Shown here one piece after another: positions 48,652 through 61,024 of a stretch of 64,000 nucleotides of DNA. A program made the position numbers and the translations under genes. Within the stretch, counting starts at the first letter, position 1. Every line of letters starts with the position of its first letter. The stretch is from Eledone cirrhosa (Eukaryota), in assembly GCA_964016885.1 (NCBI GenBank), contig OZ024747.1:51336001-51400000 (forward strand), read 5' to 3'. The notes beneath the pieces are model-generated. The model saw nothing but the letters and a program-made list of their open reading frames with translations. It had not been told where the DNA came from and ran no database searches.

Positions 48652-48687
48652 CTTTACCGGTTTCGCAGTTCTTCTGCTTTTCAAAAG
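48652..48687 (-). ncRNA. Minimal type I hammerhead with U3-A8 core variant
   Basis: CTT TTGAAAA GCAG aagaa CTGC GAAA CCGG TA/ AAG. Lies in an element at about 48530-48722; a partly deleted homolog is at 31340-31465. Confidence 0.75.
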
Positions 48688-48929
48688 TAGAGTTGAGATG
48701 GAGGGTCTGTGGTTTTTCTCACATATATATGTATATATATATATACAATATATAGCAGGGAAAGACACAAAAGAGTGTGTTTTTTTTACAGGAGTAAAAC
48801 ACACTCTTCTGTCTCTTTCCCCTCTATATATTGTATTTTAAAGTGCACAGGAAAACTCTTTCCTTTGAACTCATTTAATTACAGGATTATACGCTAGTCC
48901 TTTGCTCCGTTATTTTACTAGATATATAT

Positions 48930-48975
<46 letters not shown>

Positions 48976-49142
48976 AATATATATATATATGAAAAAATAT
49001 TGTTTTTACAAAAACAATATAAAACAATAAAAAAAATTGGAAGGAGGTAGGTATATAAGTTAAAACAGCCCAAAATACAGTATTAATAATAATTACGCAT
49101 GAAGCAAATTATTCAGTAGTATATATCTCATTATAATATATA

Positions 49143-49173
<31 letters not shown>

Positions 49174-49456
49174 CAAATGGAAGTAGAGTTATTCGAAGTC
49201 ATAGCCTCAGCCAAGTCGACGAATGGTTTCAGCAGTGCAGCCAAGCATATAGGTATAGGACCTCCGAGTAATAACAGTTTAAAGGGCTTTGTAAAATGAA
49301 GACAGCGACCGGTAATTCAGCCGCAGGGTCCGTAGCTACGAAAGAACTCACTCGTGTAAAAAAAATTAATACACATATACATATACATATGTATATATGT
49401 ATATACACATACACATATATACATATAACAATATACACACATATACATTTAACAAT

Positions 49457-49505
<49 letters not shown>

Positions 49506-49571
49506 GAAGAGAGAAGAAACATTTAGATATAATTAGTAATAAAATGTATCATACCTAAACTGCTCCTAAAT

Positions 49572-49661
49572 TCCTCGACTACGTAGTTTCGTGGCATAAA
49601 CAAAAACAATATATCATAAAGATATAGAGTCCCTGCGAGGTCTGCCGACTTATCAAGAGGA
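49572..49661 (-). ncRNA. Type I hammerhead with U3-A8 core and extended stem II
   Basis: TCCTC TTGATAA GT c GGCA...TATATC tttat GATATA...TGCC AC GAAA CTACGTAG TC/ GAGGA. Confidence 0.8.
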
Positions 49662-50166
49662 TACCTCATTTTACTAGTCTCAAGAACGCGTCTACACGAC
49701 GTGAGAAAGAATCCCAAAAGGCGGAGGGGGAGATAGTCACGCGATATAACGGTCGAGAAACAGAGCTAAGCCTCTTATAACCCCGAAGAAAATACCACGG
49801 AGGCGGAGGGGGTATTTATATCGAGGCCGTAGAAGAGGTGGTGAAGAAGGCGAGAAATATGAGTAATGGAAGCTTTCCAACTGTCCCCACACTTCAAAGG
49901 TTGCTCGACCAGAGGGAGTTATTAACAATATATTTAGAAACACACAGATACATGCGGACACACACATATATACATGAATGCATCCGCACCCAACTGTGAG
50001 TTAAGGGTGCCAACTTCACCGATGTTGCTCAATGAATGACTGGGACAGACCAATTCAGTTGAACTAGACTGAACCAGTATCAGAGTTAAAAATACATTAT
50101 GAAGAGAGAAGAAACATTTAGATATAATTAGTAATAAAATGTATCATACCTAAACTGCTCCTAAAT

Positions 50167-50256
50167 TCCTCGACTACGTAGTTTCGTGGCATAAATAAAA
50201 ACAATATATCATAAAGATATAGAGTCCCTGCGAGGTCTGCCGACTTATCAAGAGGA
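50167..50256 (-). ncRNA. Second copy of the U3-A8 hammerhead
   Basis: Same core and stems, 595 bp away. Confidence 0.8.
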
Positions 50257-50423
50257 TACCTCATTTTACTAGTCTCAAGAACGCGTCTACACGACGTGAG
50301 AAAGAATCCCAAAAGGCGGAGGGGGAGATAGTCACGCGATATAACGGTCGAGAAACAGAGCTAAGCCTCTTATAACCCCGAAGAAAATACCACGGAGGCG
50401 GAGGGGGTATTTATATCGAGGCC

Positions 50424-50505
<82 letters not shown>

Positions 50506-50594
50506 GTGTAAAAGGTAAACAGAAATAACAACAGAGTCGGTACAGTATATGGAAGCGATATATTAGATTAACGCTTGATATAGCAGGAAGAGGG

Positions 50595-50630
50595 TCTTAA
50601 CGTTTCGGACGCTAGTCCTTCATCAGAAGA
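50595..50630 (-). ncRNA. Minimal PLE-type hammerhead
   Basis: TCTT CTGATGA A GGAC tagc GTCC GAAA cg TT/ AAGA. Confidence 0.75.
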
Positions 50631-50672
50631 AATAATGAGAAATAAGATAATATATATATTTATATATATTTG

Positions 50673-50722
<50 letters not shown>

Positions 50723-50838
50723 CAAAGGGATATTTAATTTGTTGTAATTCAACAAATATATTTATAACAGATTCGAAGCACTCAACAAGTTTTTTCAATG
50801 ATATTAATAAATGGAAACTATATTTATAAAACCATATT

Positions 50839-50901
50839 TATTCTATTATATATATATTTCAACGGTACCAAAACTTTGGTACGCTCTCATCAGATAAAAT
50901 A
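50839..50901 (-). ncRNA. Type I hammerhead (family B)
   Basis: TATTTTAT CTGATGA GAGCGTACCAAA gt TTTGGTACCGTT GAAA TATATATA TA/ ATAGAATA. Confidence 0.8.
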
Positions 50902-51268
50902 CAAATTTTGTTTTATAAATAGTGACAAACCCAGGAACCAGACCTTAACGGTTCAAGTTCCGTTTGGATAATGAAGGGAAAGAGGGAAAAGGGGAACAGA
51001 GGAAAAAACAACTATTTCAAATCATTTTGATGAATATGCAAATGAATTTGAAGCGTTGGGCTGAATAAATCGTTATTTTTAGACGCTGGGTAGAATTAAA
51101 TAATTATTAGGATATATATATGTCGGAGAAGAAAGAGAAGCTTATATTAATAATATTACAGTGTACGTGAATTTAAAAATTAAAACGTTAAAAATTAAAA
51201 GTTTGTTGAAGTGGAGGAATATCAATCCAGAATTTAGAAAATATTCCAGTAAATCATGAGATATAATA

Positions 51269-51567
51269 TCTATATATATAAAACTGAGGATGTCTGTCTG
51301 TGTGTGTGTGTTTGAATCCCTAAAACTCGAGAACCACCCAACCGACTGTTTTCAAACTTTACACATGTAATACTTATGCTTCTGTGAGTGTTCTGAGCAA
51401 AAACAATTTCAAATTTTCAATGCCCTAGAGACCGCATTAGGTGATTTAGCGATCTCCCTCTATAATTCTTAGTCTTTCGCTTTTAAGATAGATACATACA
51501 TATAACGTCACGCCCTTATAATATCTGTCTGTGTGTCTGACTGTCTGCATTACGTCACTTCCCTGAG

Positions 51568-51664
<97 letters not shown>

Positions 51665-52269
51665 CTGTGAGTGTCTGTGAGTTTGAATTCCTAAAACTCG
51701 AGAAGTACCCAACTGATATTTTTCAAACTTTACATGTTACATGTTACTTATGTTTCAGGGATTGTTATGCACATAAAAAAATCAACTTTTTGATCTCCTA
51801 GGTGAAAAACTGCGTTTTTAAAGCTTTTTAGGGTTTTTTTGAGGCTTTATGTCAGACCGATTTCCTTGAAATTGTAACTATGTATCAGTCAGTTTCTTCT
51901 TCATATTGTGAGCAAAGAAAATCCAACTTTTTTATGGCCTAGGGCCCGCATGAGGTGAAAAACTTCATTTTTTCAGCTTTTTAGGGCTTTTTAGAGGCGT
52001 TACGTCTAGCCGATTTTCCCGAAATTTCAAGGCATATTATGTACATAAAAAAAAATTCATTTTCTCGATCCCCTAGGGCCCGCATTAGGTGAAAGCCTAC
52101 ATTTTTCATGCTTCATCAAGAAAAATCTTAAAGATTATCCAGCCATCACAGTATTCGGTAAATTTATCTTTACGTATTGTCCAGGCATGCAGTCTTTCCA
52201 CGTTTATGTTTGTTGTCGGCCCGCGTTCCAAAATACCTTATCCTGTGCAACGCCGAGTACCACTGCTAG
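51269..52269 (+). mobile_element. Non-autonomous Helitron (1001 bp)
   Basis: Starts TCtatatatataaaa and ends gtgcaacgccgagtaccactgCTAG. Inserted between A and T with no TSD, confirmed by the empty site near 52661. Internal repeats ctagggcccgcattaggtga. Confidence 0.9.
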
Positions 52270-52589
52270 TTATATATATAATCATTATAATTAGATTATA
52301 TGAAGTATTATGGTTGTAAGTAAATTTTATCTTATTATATTACAACAGGTAGTAAATATATAAATATCTATATAGATTAATAAATATATAAATATAAATA
52401 TTATTGGTGATTATATGCTGTTATTTTTTTATAGATATATAACACGCGTATTAATTTGTTTACATTGCTAATATAAATTACGAAGGATGTTGCGTTTACA
52501 TTTTAAATATATAGTTAAGCAAAAAGACGTAGTTCAAATTTTAAGAGAAGAATATTTAGTACATTCAAATAGTTTCATAAAAAATTAAA

Positions 52590-53137
52590 AATATAATAAG
52601 ATAAAATTTACTTACAACCATAATTCTTCATATAATCTAATTATAATGATTATATATATAATATTATATCTCATGATTTACTGGAATATTTTCTAAATTC
52701 TGGATTGATATTCCACCACTTCAACAAACTTTTAATTTTTAACGTTTTAATTTTTAAATTCACGTACACTGTAATACTATTAATATAAGCTTCTCTTTCT
52801 TCTTCCGACATATATATATCCTAATAATTATTTAATTCTACCCAGCGTCTAAAAATAACGATTTTTTCAGCCCTACGCGTCAACTTCATTTGCATATTCA
52901 TCAAAATAATTTGAAATATTTGTTTTTTCCTCTCTTCCCCTTTTCCCTCTTTTCTTTCTCTATCCAAACAGAACTTGAACCGTTAAGGTCTAATTCCTGG
53001 GTATGTCACTATTTATAAAACAAAAATTGTATTTTATCTGGTGAGAGCGTACCAAAGTTTTGGTACCCTTAAAATATATATATGATAGAATAAATATGGT
53101 TTTATGAATATAGTTTCCATTTATTAATATCATTAAT
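52590..53137 (+). mobile_element. Inverted family B copy without the Helitron; HHR (53030-53092) inactivated
   Basis: Reverse complement of the 50797-52340 host sequence. Core reads CTGGTGA...AAAA. Confidence 0.85.
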
Positions 53138-53264
53138 ATATATATATATATATATAATAAATCAGAACATATCAAATTTGTTAGAATTGTGTACTTCTCA
53201 ATAAGGGAGCTCAAATTACATTATCTAGACTCGTAATAAAGACACACTCACACACACGCACACG

Positions 53265-53322
<58 letters not shown>

Positions 53323-53392
53323 CACATTATTATTTAAAGATATGTATGACCAACGGTCAAAATTAAATCGTTTCGGTTAATGTTTTGGCGGA

Positions 53393-53767
53393 CCGCGTTC
53401 CAAAATACCTTATCCCGTGCAACACCGGGTACCACTGCTAGTTATATATATAATCATTATAATTAGATTATATGAAGTATTATGGTTGTAAGTAAATTTT
53501 ATCTTATTATATTACAACAGGTAGTAAATATATAAATATCTATATAGATTAATAAATATATAAATATAAATATTATTGGTGATTATATGCTGTTATTTTT
53601 TTTATAGATATATAACACACGTATTAATTTGTTTACATTGCTAATATAAATTACGAAGGATGTTGAGTTTACATTTTAAATATATAGTTAAGAAAAAAGA
53701 CGTAGTTCAAATTTTAAGAGAAGAATATTTAGTACATTCAAATAGTTTCATCAAAAATTGAAAATAT
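53393..53767 (+). repeat. Direct duplicate of 52221-52594 (Helitron 3' end plus 325 bp of flank)
   Basis: Offset about 1172 bp; few substitutions. Confidence 0.92.
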
Positions 53768-54233
53768 GTACAGAAAATTATTGAGTTAGCGATATTATAT
53801 AGAATTTAACATGTTTGCTCAATGTTTTTAACTTGACTGTGAGGCACATCTATTTAATAATTGTTTCTGATTTAGGCACAACACCAAACTGCTATCTAAT
53901 ACTAATTATTTATCGTACTAAGCTGAATAATAGTCTTACTAGTCTTAATTAGTAACATCTTTCTCTCACTCGCTCGTTTCTTCCTATATATATATGTCTC
54001 TTCATTTATCTATCTATCTATCTATCTATCTTGATAGAGTAAGACACGCTTCACATCGGCTCCGCTATTCCATCGGGATTTACCCTTACTATTGTAAGTA
54101 CCGGATAAATTTTTCAGTGCAACACATTTGGAACACTAACCCCTGTTATTTAGGGAAACATTTTTGCATTTACCCCCTTTTTAGGGGGTAAAATAAATAT
54201 CTATTTTTGCCGAAAAATTTCTTTCTTGGCAGC

Positions 54234-55985
54234 ATGGCGGAAAAGATGGCAGACATGTCTGCCATTAGCTCTGCCACGTCCCCCAAGTCTGAAGAACAAA
54301 AAATAATTACAACAAAATTAGACAATGAAACAAACAAAGAAAATGAAAAAACAAATGTTAAGGAAAATGAGCAAACAGAAAACAAACAAACAGAAAATAA
54401 TACAAATAACAACAGGGCAACTTTCGCCCAGAAAACAAAACAATCCATTACATACACACCAATTGACCTAACTGCCGCCAGAGAAAAACTGGCCGAAGCA
54501 AAGAAACACATTGTTTTGGGGGAGAACGGAATGTTTTCCATTAACTCCCCCCCAGAATTCAAGAAAGCCAGAACAGAAAGCACAGTTCTCTTCAGAACTA
54601 TACTGAACCAGACAAGAAAGCCAGCACAGCCCAGCCAAATGGAAATAGAGTTAGTCCTAAAAGACTATATGAAGAATATTCTCTTCATACGAAAGGACCG
54701 ACTCTATGGCAGCATTTCGGTCCTAACAAGAGACAAGGAAACGGCGGAGAAGCTTTCCCTAAGCCCACTCTCATCGACAACATACAGCTTCTATCCCTCC
54801 TACATGGGTAGAAGAACACAGAGAGTAAAAGTAAAAACAATGCTGCCCACAATGGACTTCTGGTGGGCTATTGCTGGCTTCATAGATATGGGCGAAGACA
54901 CAATGCTGTCAATGGGGAAGGCAACTGGAGATGCGTTCCTGGGAATGGGCCTCGACATACTAGTCCAAATGAGGCCCGAAAGAATAGCACAAATCCCGGA
55001 TCGCATCTGGCTGGATGACCTTACCCCAATAGACATAATTGTAGAGGGGAGAAGACCAGCATGCTATTTATGCATGGAAAGGGGACACGTTAAGGCTAAC
55101 TGCCCGAAACGTATCCCCCAAAAAGGACTATTGCCCACACCCACCACAAACAGTACACCAACACCACCCACCTCCAAAAACACACTAATACCACACACAG
55201 CAAACAAAATACAGACACCACCAACCAAAAACACAACACAAACATCACCACCACCAGCACCAAACACAAGCACGACACAAAAATCACCACCACCAACCAC
55301 AACACAAACATCACCACCACCATCACCAACCACAAGCACGACACAAACATTACCACCACCACCACAAAACCCATTCCAAACAAATAATAAAAAAAAACAG
55401 TAACAAATCTACCCCTCCCGCAAAAAAAAAACAACCACACAACACGTCCCTCCCACCTAGCGCTGAAGAGTTTCCCCCAACTTCTGAAGAAGAAGGAGGA
55501 GAAGCCTTCAGACAAGTTAAAAGAAAAAAAAGAAAACACACACCCAGCACACCACAAATAACCCACACACAAACACCAACTCCAATTAAAAACACCCCAC
55601 CCTCAACAAACAAAAATAAATCTGCGCCTCCCCTCTCCGAAACATTGACAGCATCACAAAAAAAGACGTTGCAATACACATATATAAATAAAGAAAACAA
55701 AAAACTCGTTAAATTAATAAACAATAACCCTATGGTGCAGACCGAAGGGCCAAACTTTATCTCAACAGAGAACTTCACCCATTTAAAAATGATAAAGGTC
55801 TCTTGAAAGATTTCCCCATAACCGCCTCTCTCCCTGACACAACTCCAAATACCCCAACCCCACCACACACGTGTACCCCCACACCACCACAAAACATCCC
55901 TCCACCCAACACACCTGATGCCATGGAAATTACGCAACCCAGAGAGGTAGGTGCTTTTCTTTCTTCACTTTCAATACCAAAATAG
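54234..55985 (+). pseudogene. LINE ORF1 (gag-like zinc knuckle); open to 55403, with the Pro/Thr-rich tail broken by frameshifts
   Basis: ATG at 54234. IIVEGRRPACYLCMERGHVKANC is a CCHC knuckle. The frame is lost in A-runs near 55390-55430. Confidence 0.85.
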
Positions 55986-55990
55986 ATCAA

Positions 55991-58900
55991 TTGAGAGTTG
56001 GCTGTTTGAACGCGCGTGGCCTGGGCTCAGCTTGGAAGCAAGCAAAGCTTCTAAGTGACCTCAGGTCACAAAGTATAGATGTGATGGTTGTTTGCGAGAG
56101 TCGGATCAGCAGCGTGAGACAGCTGGCGCCCGCCTTCGATGACTTTGAGATGCACGCATCTCTCTGTCAACCCGGAGGCGGGGGGGGGGGGGGTTTGCCG
56201 TACTGCTGGATAAACGTCTGACTCTCGACGTACATATTCTTCACTCGGACCCGGGGGGTCGATTACTGGTGCTGGACGTCGGAGGCGGTGAAGGCGGGGC
56301 TTTCAGACTGGTCGGTCTTTATGCTCCCTTCGGGGCGGAAAGAGCCGACTTCTTCCAGCGTCTGGAGACTTTTCTAGGAACGTCGCGTTCCCTGCTTTTA
56401 GTGGGGGACTGGAATGGAATCCTAGATGCGCGTTGGGACTATGCAGGGGCATGTCCCGATAGAGGGGGGTGTAGCAGCCTCAAGGGGTTACTCGATCGAT
56501 TCGACCTGGTCGATAGATTTCGACTAGATTGTCCAACTGCGCCAACCTGGACCTGGGCAAACCGCAGTGGACAATCTAGATCGTACCTAGATAGGTTTTT
56601 GGTTAGGAGTAAGGATAGGGACGTATTTAGTTGTCCAGAACTGATCATGGTTGGCTATTCAGATCACAAATTAGTGACCTGCGTGGTCAACCTTGATAGA
56701 ACGCATAGACAGGGTCCCGGTTACTGGAAGATGAACTTGTCCTTGCCGACAAAGAAAGATTACAGAAACCGGATTAGTAGCTTAGTTAAGATGCGGTTGA
56801 CGGGAGCGATCGTCAACAGTAGGTGGTGGGTATCTCTAAAGAGAGAGATTAGAGTAAGTTCGATAGGTTACAGTAAGGAACTAGCGGCGAATAGAAATAG
56901 GAAGAAAAGGGAGTTAACAGATAAACTAGAAGAGGCGATTAGGAGCGGAGACGTAGCCAGAGTGTTAGCGGCGAGAACGGCGTTGAGCCAGTTCTTTGAC
57001 GCGAAGCACGAAGGCTGCGTTGTCCGAAGTAAAATACGTGCTTTAGGAAACGAGGGGACCAAAGCTGTTAGCTGGGCCCGCGTGACAGAAGCCAAGAGTG
57101 GGATTAAATCCACCATTTGGTCTTTGCGAGACCAGGATGGACGGGTGATCCTTGAACCTGAGCGAATGTGCGAGGCCTTTCAAAGGCACTTTGCTCGACT
57201 GTTCGGAGGTGGCGGGGGGCCGGACGGGGATGTGGACTTCGGTCCATACCGCGACGGTCTACCGCGTCTTTCGAGCGGCGAAGCGGAGTGCTGCGAAAGG
57301 CCAATCACAGCCACTGAAATCGGGGAAGCGCTCAGCCAATGCAGCAGACGCAAATCCCCGGGTCTCGATGGTCTACCATACGAACTTTATTTAGCTATGC
57401 CGGTCTTGTTCTCCGAACTCCTCCAGGCTGTCTATTGCAACTGGCAACAGAACGGGAGAATTCCCTGTTCTGTGACCAAGGGCGTGGTCACGCTAGTGAG
57501 GAAGGACGAGAGCAAGGGGGACGACTTAAGTAACTTTAGGCCCATAACTCTGCTGAATGCAGAGTTACAGATTTTGGCCAAGGTGTTGGCGAAGAGGTTG
57601 GCGCTTGTGGTGGGTGGTTTGGTGGGAGACGCGCAGACATGCGCTATCCCGTCCAGGTCCATTCACGACAACCTCCACCTCATGCGATACATCATAGAGA
57701 GGGTTGGCTACGAACCCGGCTTTGGTGGGGCCCTGATCAACTTGGATCAATCTAAGGCGTTCGATAGGGTCGACCATGGTTACCTGGATGCGGTGCTAGC
57801 GGCGGCGGGCTTCGGACCCGTTTTTAGGGGCTGGATTTCTGCCATGCACAGTGGCAACATCTACTCTAGGATTAAAGTAAACGGCTACCTCTCGGAGCCG
57901 TTTCAAATCACCCGATCCATCAGACAGGGGTGCCCCCTCTCCTCCCTTCTGTACGTATTGACTCTCGAGCCACTGCTGCGGAAGTTGGAGTTGCTGCGGG
58001 GCATACCCCTGGAACCGGGATTGCACAAAGCGGTCTCGGCCTATGCCGACGACGTAACAGTAATGGTGGCGGACGCCTCGGAAATCGGGGCGATCGCCAC
58101 CCTACTGGAGGAATACGAAAGGCTGACGGGGGCTAAGCTGAACCAGGACAAGTCAGTCGGTTTGCAACTCGGAACGTGGAGGGGCAAACCGATGCCGTTA
58201 GACGGTGTCGTCGGGCGGTGGACGGAGGGCCCGGTGAAGCTGCTCGGGGTCTGGTTCGGACCGGACCTCCAGGTGGAGAAGAATTGGGGCGAGGTGACGA
58301 GCAGGGTGTTTGCGCTGACCCAGAAGTGGGCCAAGTGCAAACTATCACTGAAAGGTCGGGCGGAGGTGACGAACGCTTACATAGCGTCCGTCATCTACTA
58401 CCGCCTGACCGTCGTGCCTTGCCCCAAGGAAAAGCTCACCATCATGGAACGCATGCTCTTCCAGTTCCTCTGGAAGAAGGGCCTCCCATGGTGAGGAGAT
58501 CCATCTGCTGCCAGCACCCTTCGAAAGGAGGGCTGGGTATGCCGTGGCTGTTGATGCGTAGGCACGCAATGAGGCTACGGCATCTACAGGTATTCCTCAA
58601 CGGTCAGCCGGTGTGGGCCCCGTTTGTGAGGCGAGCCTTCCCACAGCTCGTCTCGCTCACCGAACTGCAATCCTGGGTGAAGCAAAGATCGAGAAAACTG
58701 GGCAACTGGCACACCGAGTGTGCCCAGGCGCTCACGGCTATCTGGCAAGCGGACCCGACTGTCAGTGGAGAATCCACCTCGACATTCTATAGAGGGTTGG
58801 TGGCTAGCAGGGGCGACGACACCCTTGGAGAGTCGCTAGGCATGGAGGAGGACGAACTGGCCAGCCTGTTCGGTAGAACTTTCGGCCCGGGACCCATGGA

Positions 58901-59423
58901 CAACTTCCAGAGGTCCCTAGCCTGGCAATGTTACCGGGGGGCTCTGCCCGTTCGAGAAAAGCTCTACAGACACGGGCGCCCAGGTAGGGATCCCGCGAAA
59001 AAGATCTGTCCCAGATGCGTGCGCGACGAGGAAACCGTTGCGCATGCACTGGTACACTGCCCGGGCGTTGCCGATCTGTGGGGCTACGTCGAACGACTGC
59101 TGTCGCGTGTGGCACCGATTCGATTAACCGCCGAGTCTGTGGTGAACATCAAGCCGCCTCCTCCCTTCAGAAATGAAGCAGAGGCGGTCTTTCTGTGCGT
59201 AATAGCCATGATGAAAGAGGTTGTGTGGTGGACGCGCCTGAAAGGTCTGAGGTCGGGTGACTTTCTCTCCGGCCATCACCTGGTTTACTTCTTCCGATAC
59301 CACTTCGGAAGAAGGATCAGGATGGAGAGAGAAGTGCTTGGTCCCAGACAGTTTTATGAAAGGTGGGTGAAAGAAGCGAGAATGGCCCGTGTAAATGGGC
59401 CTTCTCTCTACATTGTTCTGTAG
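55991..59423 (+). pseudogene. LINE ORF2 (APE endonuclease, RT, C-terminal zinc finger), two frameshifts
   Basis: LNARGL, VVCESR, LYAP, VGDWN, SYLDRFL, YSDHKLV, GPGYWKMN, KSPGLDGLP, NFRPITLLN, LDQSKAFDRVDH, IRQGCPLS, AYADD, SKGGLG, CPRC...ETVAHALVHC. Shifts at the G-run near 56181-56193 and near 58488. Confidence 0.95.
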
Positions 59424-60852
59424 GTGAAGAAGTGAAGAGGAAAGGGGGAGCGCCTCCTCTCTGGGCTTCCCCCGCGAAAAGAGTTGCACACTTTTCGGGG
59501 GTATGTGCAATCCCCAACACGCCCCCTCCCTTTTGAGGACTTTTTATTGTTATATTATTATTGTTATTCCTTTTTTCTTTACTCGATTTATGTAAACTCC
59601 CCCACTGTGTAAATGTCCCCTTCTTTTGTGCCCTCGTGGCAAATAAATAGAAATTTATCTATCTACATATATATATACCTATGTGTTTATGTGTGTGTGT
59701 GTGTGTGTGAGAGAGAGTGTGTGTATGTGTACATGCGTTTGTTTATAATTCAGTCACGTACAATTTGATTTGATTGTATTTACCGATATATCGATAATAC
59801 ATTCTACCAATACACTTTACTATGTAGACAGATTCTTTATCATTGTAGTTTCTTAATGTCCGACCTTCTGGTAAGGAGATATACCTGCCGGGAATCACAT
59901 AGCAGGGAATTGTTTACGTAATGACATAATGCCTCCGATAAAGGCAATACAGGCAATTTTCAAAACAATGGTAAATATGTGGGTTACATATCCCATGCTA
60001 ATTACACGTAGGCGACATCAAATTTTACATAATGCTACATTACCAGTAAGATGTTTCCTTTAGGGCATCAGACATTTGATAGCTATTTTTTTTCATCTGA
60101 ATTACAAAGCAATCCCCGATCCCTGAGACTTCCACCGTGAAATGTTGCAGTTGTTAGCCAAACTACTCTACTTAACGTCGCTTTCAATCCTAAAGGCAAC
60201 CATAGCTAAGTAATAACTCCACTCAGCCAGTAGAATGCTACTCTGATGAGCAGATAGACCTCTTCTAGGGCTTCACTAAAGCGAAGCTGTTCAGCTATAA
60301 GATATTACTAAGGAGCTCTAATTCTTCTTCCCCACCACATTCTCACCGCCATCTCTCTGTCTATCTCACTTGCTTCTCTTTAGCTTTTATGCGGGTATGC
60401 TCGAAGTGTCTACAATGACACTTAGTGGTTAATATATTACCCAGAAGCTGCACAACAAAAATGCAGCATTCAAACTTATATATAATATCTCTTTCCTCCT
60501 TTGACCTAAAATCTGTTAATAACACCTTCTGATGTATTGAACTTTCTGTTTCTCATTCGTTCTTCCATGTTTAAGCATCCAACCAAGCAATGCGCACGCG
60601 TTGATATAAATTCTATTATTCTAGGCAATTGGTATATTATCAACATCCTTTTGATTGGACTATTCTTTAACCCCTGGGAGAAAATCTGCTGTATTTTCCT
60701 GTGTATTAGACGCACGTTTATAATCAAAATTGGAACAATACAATTTTATAATATCCGGTCGAATTGTTGTTCAATATATATTTGAGGTAAAACATATTAT
60801 ACATACATTTGTTGTTAACGTGAAGTAAAACTTAACGTAGGAGTAGATATAT

Positions 60853-60945
60853 AATTGTTTCTACTTTTGGCACAAGGCCAGCAATTATCCCAGTGTATTA
60901 CTGGTACTTAATTTGATCGACCTCGTAAGGGTGAAATGCAAAGTT
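60853..60945 (-). mobile_element. 3' fragment of the 9109-family SINE
   Basis: aattgtttctacttttggcacaaggccagcaattatcccagtgtattactggtac. Confidence 0.8.
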
Positions 60946-61024
60946 GGAACCCCTAAACCAGTGCTGCAGTATGTAAAATAGTGAAACGTTTGGGACCTGA
61001 CATTATATAATTTCCATATATCTA

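Larger units (their letters stand above)
49501..50426 (-). mobile_element. 595-bp tandem non-coding unit (1.56 copies) with one variant HHR per unit; retrozyme-like
   Basis: 49501-49831 repeats at 50096-50426, with one difference seen. (TA)n on both sides. Confidence 0.85.
50720..52594 (-). mobile_element. Family B PLE-derived element (pLTR plus UTR) interrupted by a Helitron
   Basis: 50797-51268 joined to 52270-52340 equals the reverse complement of 52590-53137. Confidence 0.85.
54031..59652 (+). mobile_element. Near full-length Tx1/L1-clade LINE
   Basis: 5' UTR, ORF1, ORF2 (APE-RT-zinc finger), 3' UTR ending aaataaatagaaa. Flanked by atttatctatcta (54004-54016 and 59653-59665). Confidence 0.92.

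Noticed and set aside
49264-49356. cgagt ... tac GAAA gaac TC actcg, an HHR-like 3' half
   Set aside because: The 5' core position reads aataaca, which is incompatible with the catalytic core.
54170-59520. Antisense and alternative-frame ORFs over the LINE
   Set aside because: These are shadow ORFs of GC-rich or low-complexity coding sequence.
60241-60302. CTGATGA GC...GC GAAGCTG tt CAGCTA
   Set aside because: GAAA lacks one A and there is no convincing stem I. It may be a decayed HHR but was not counted.
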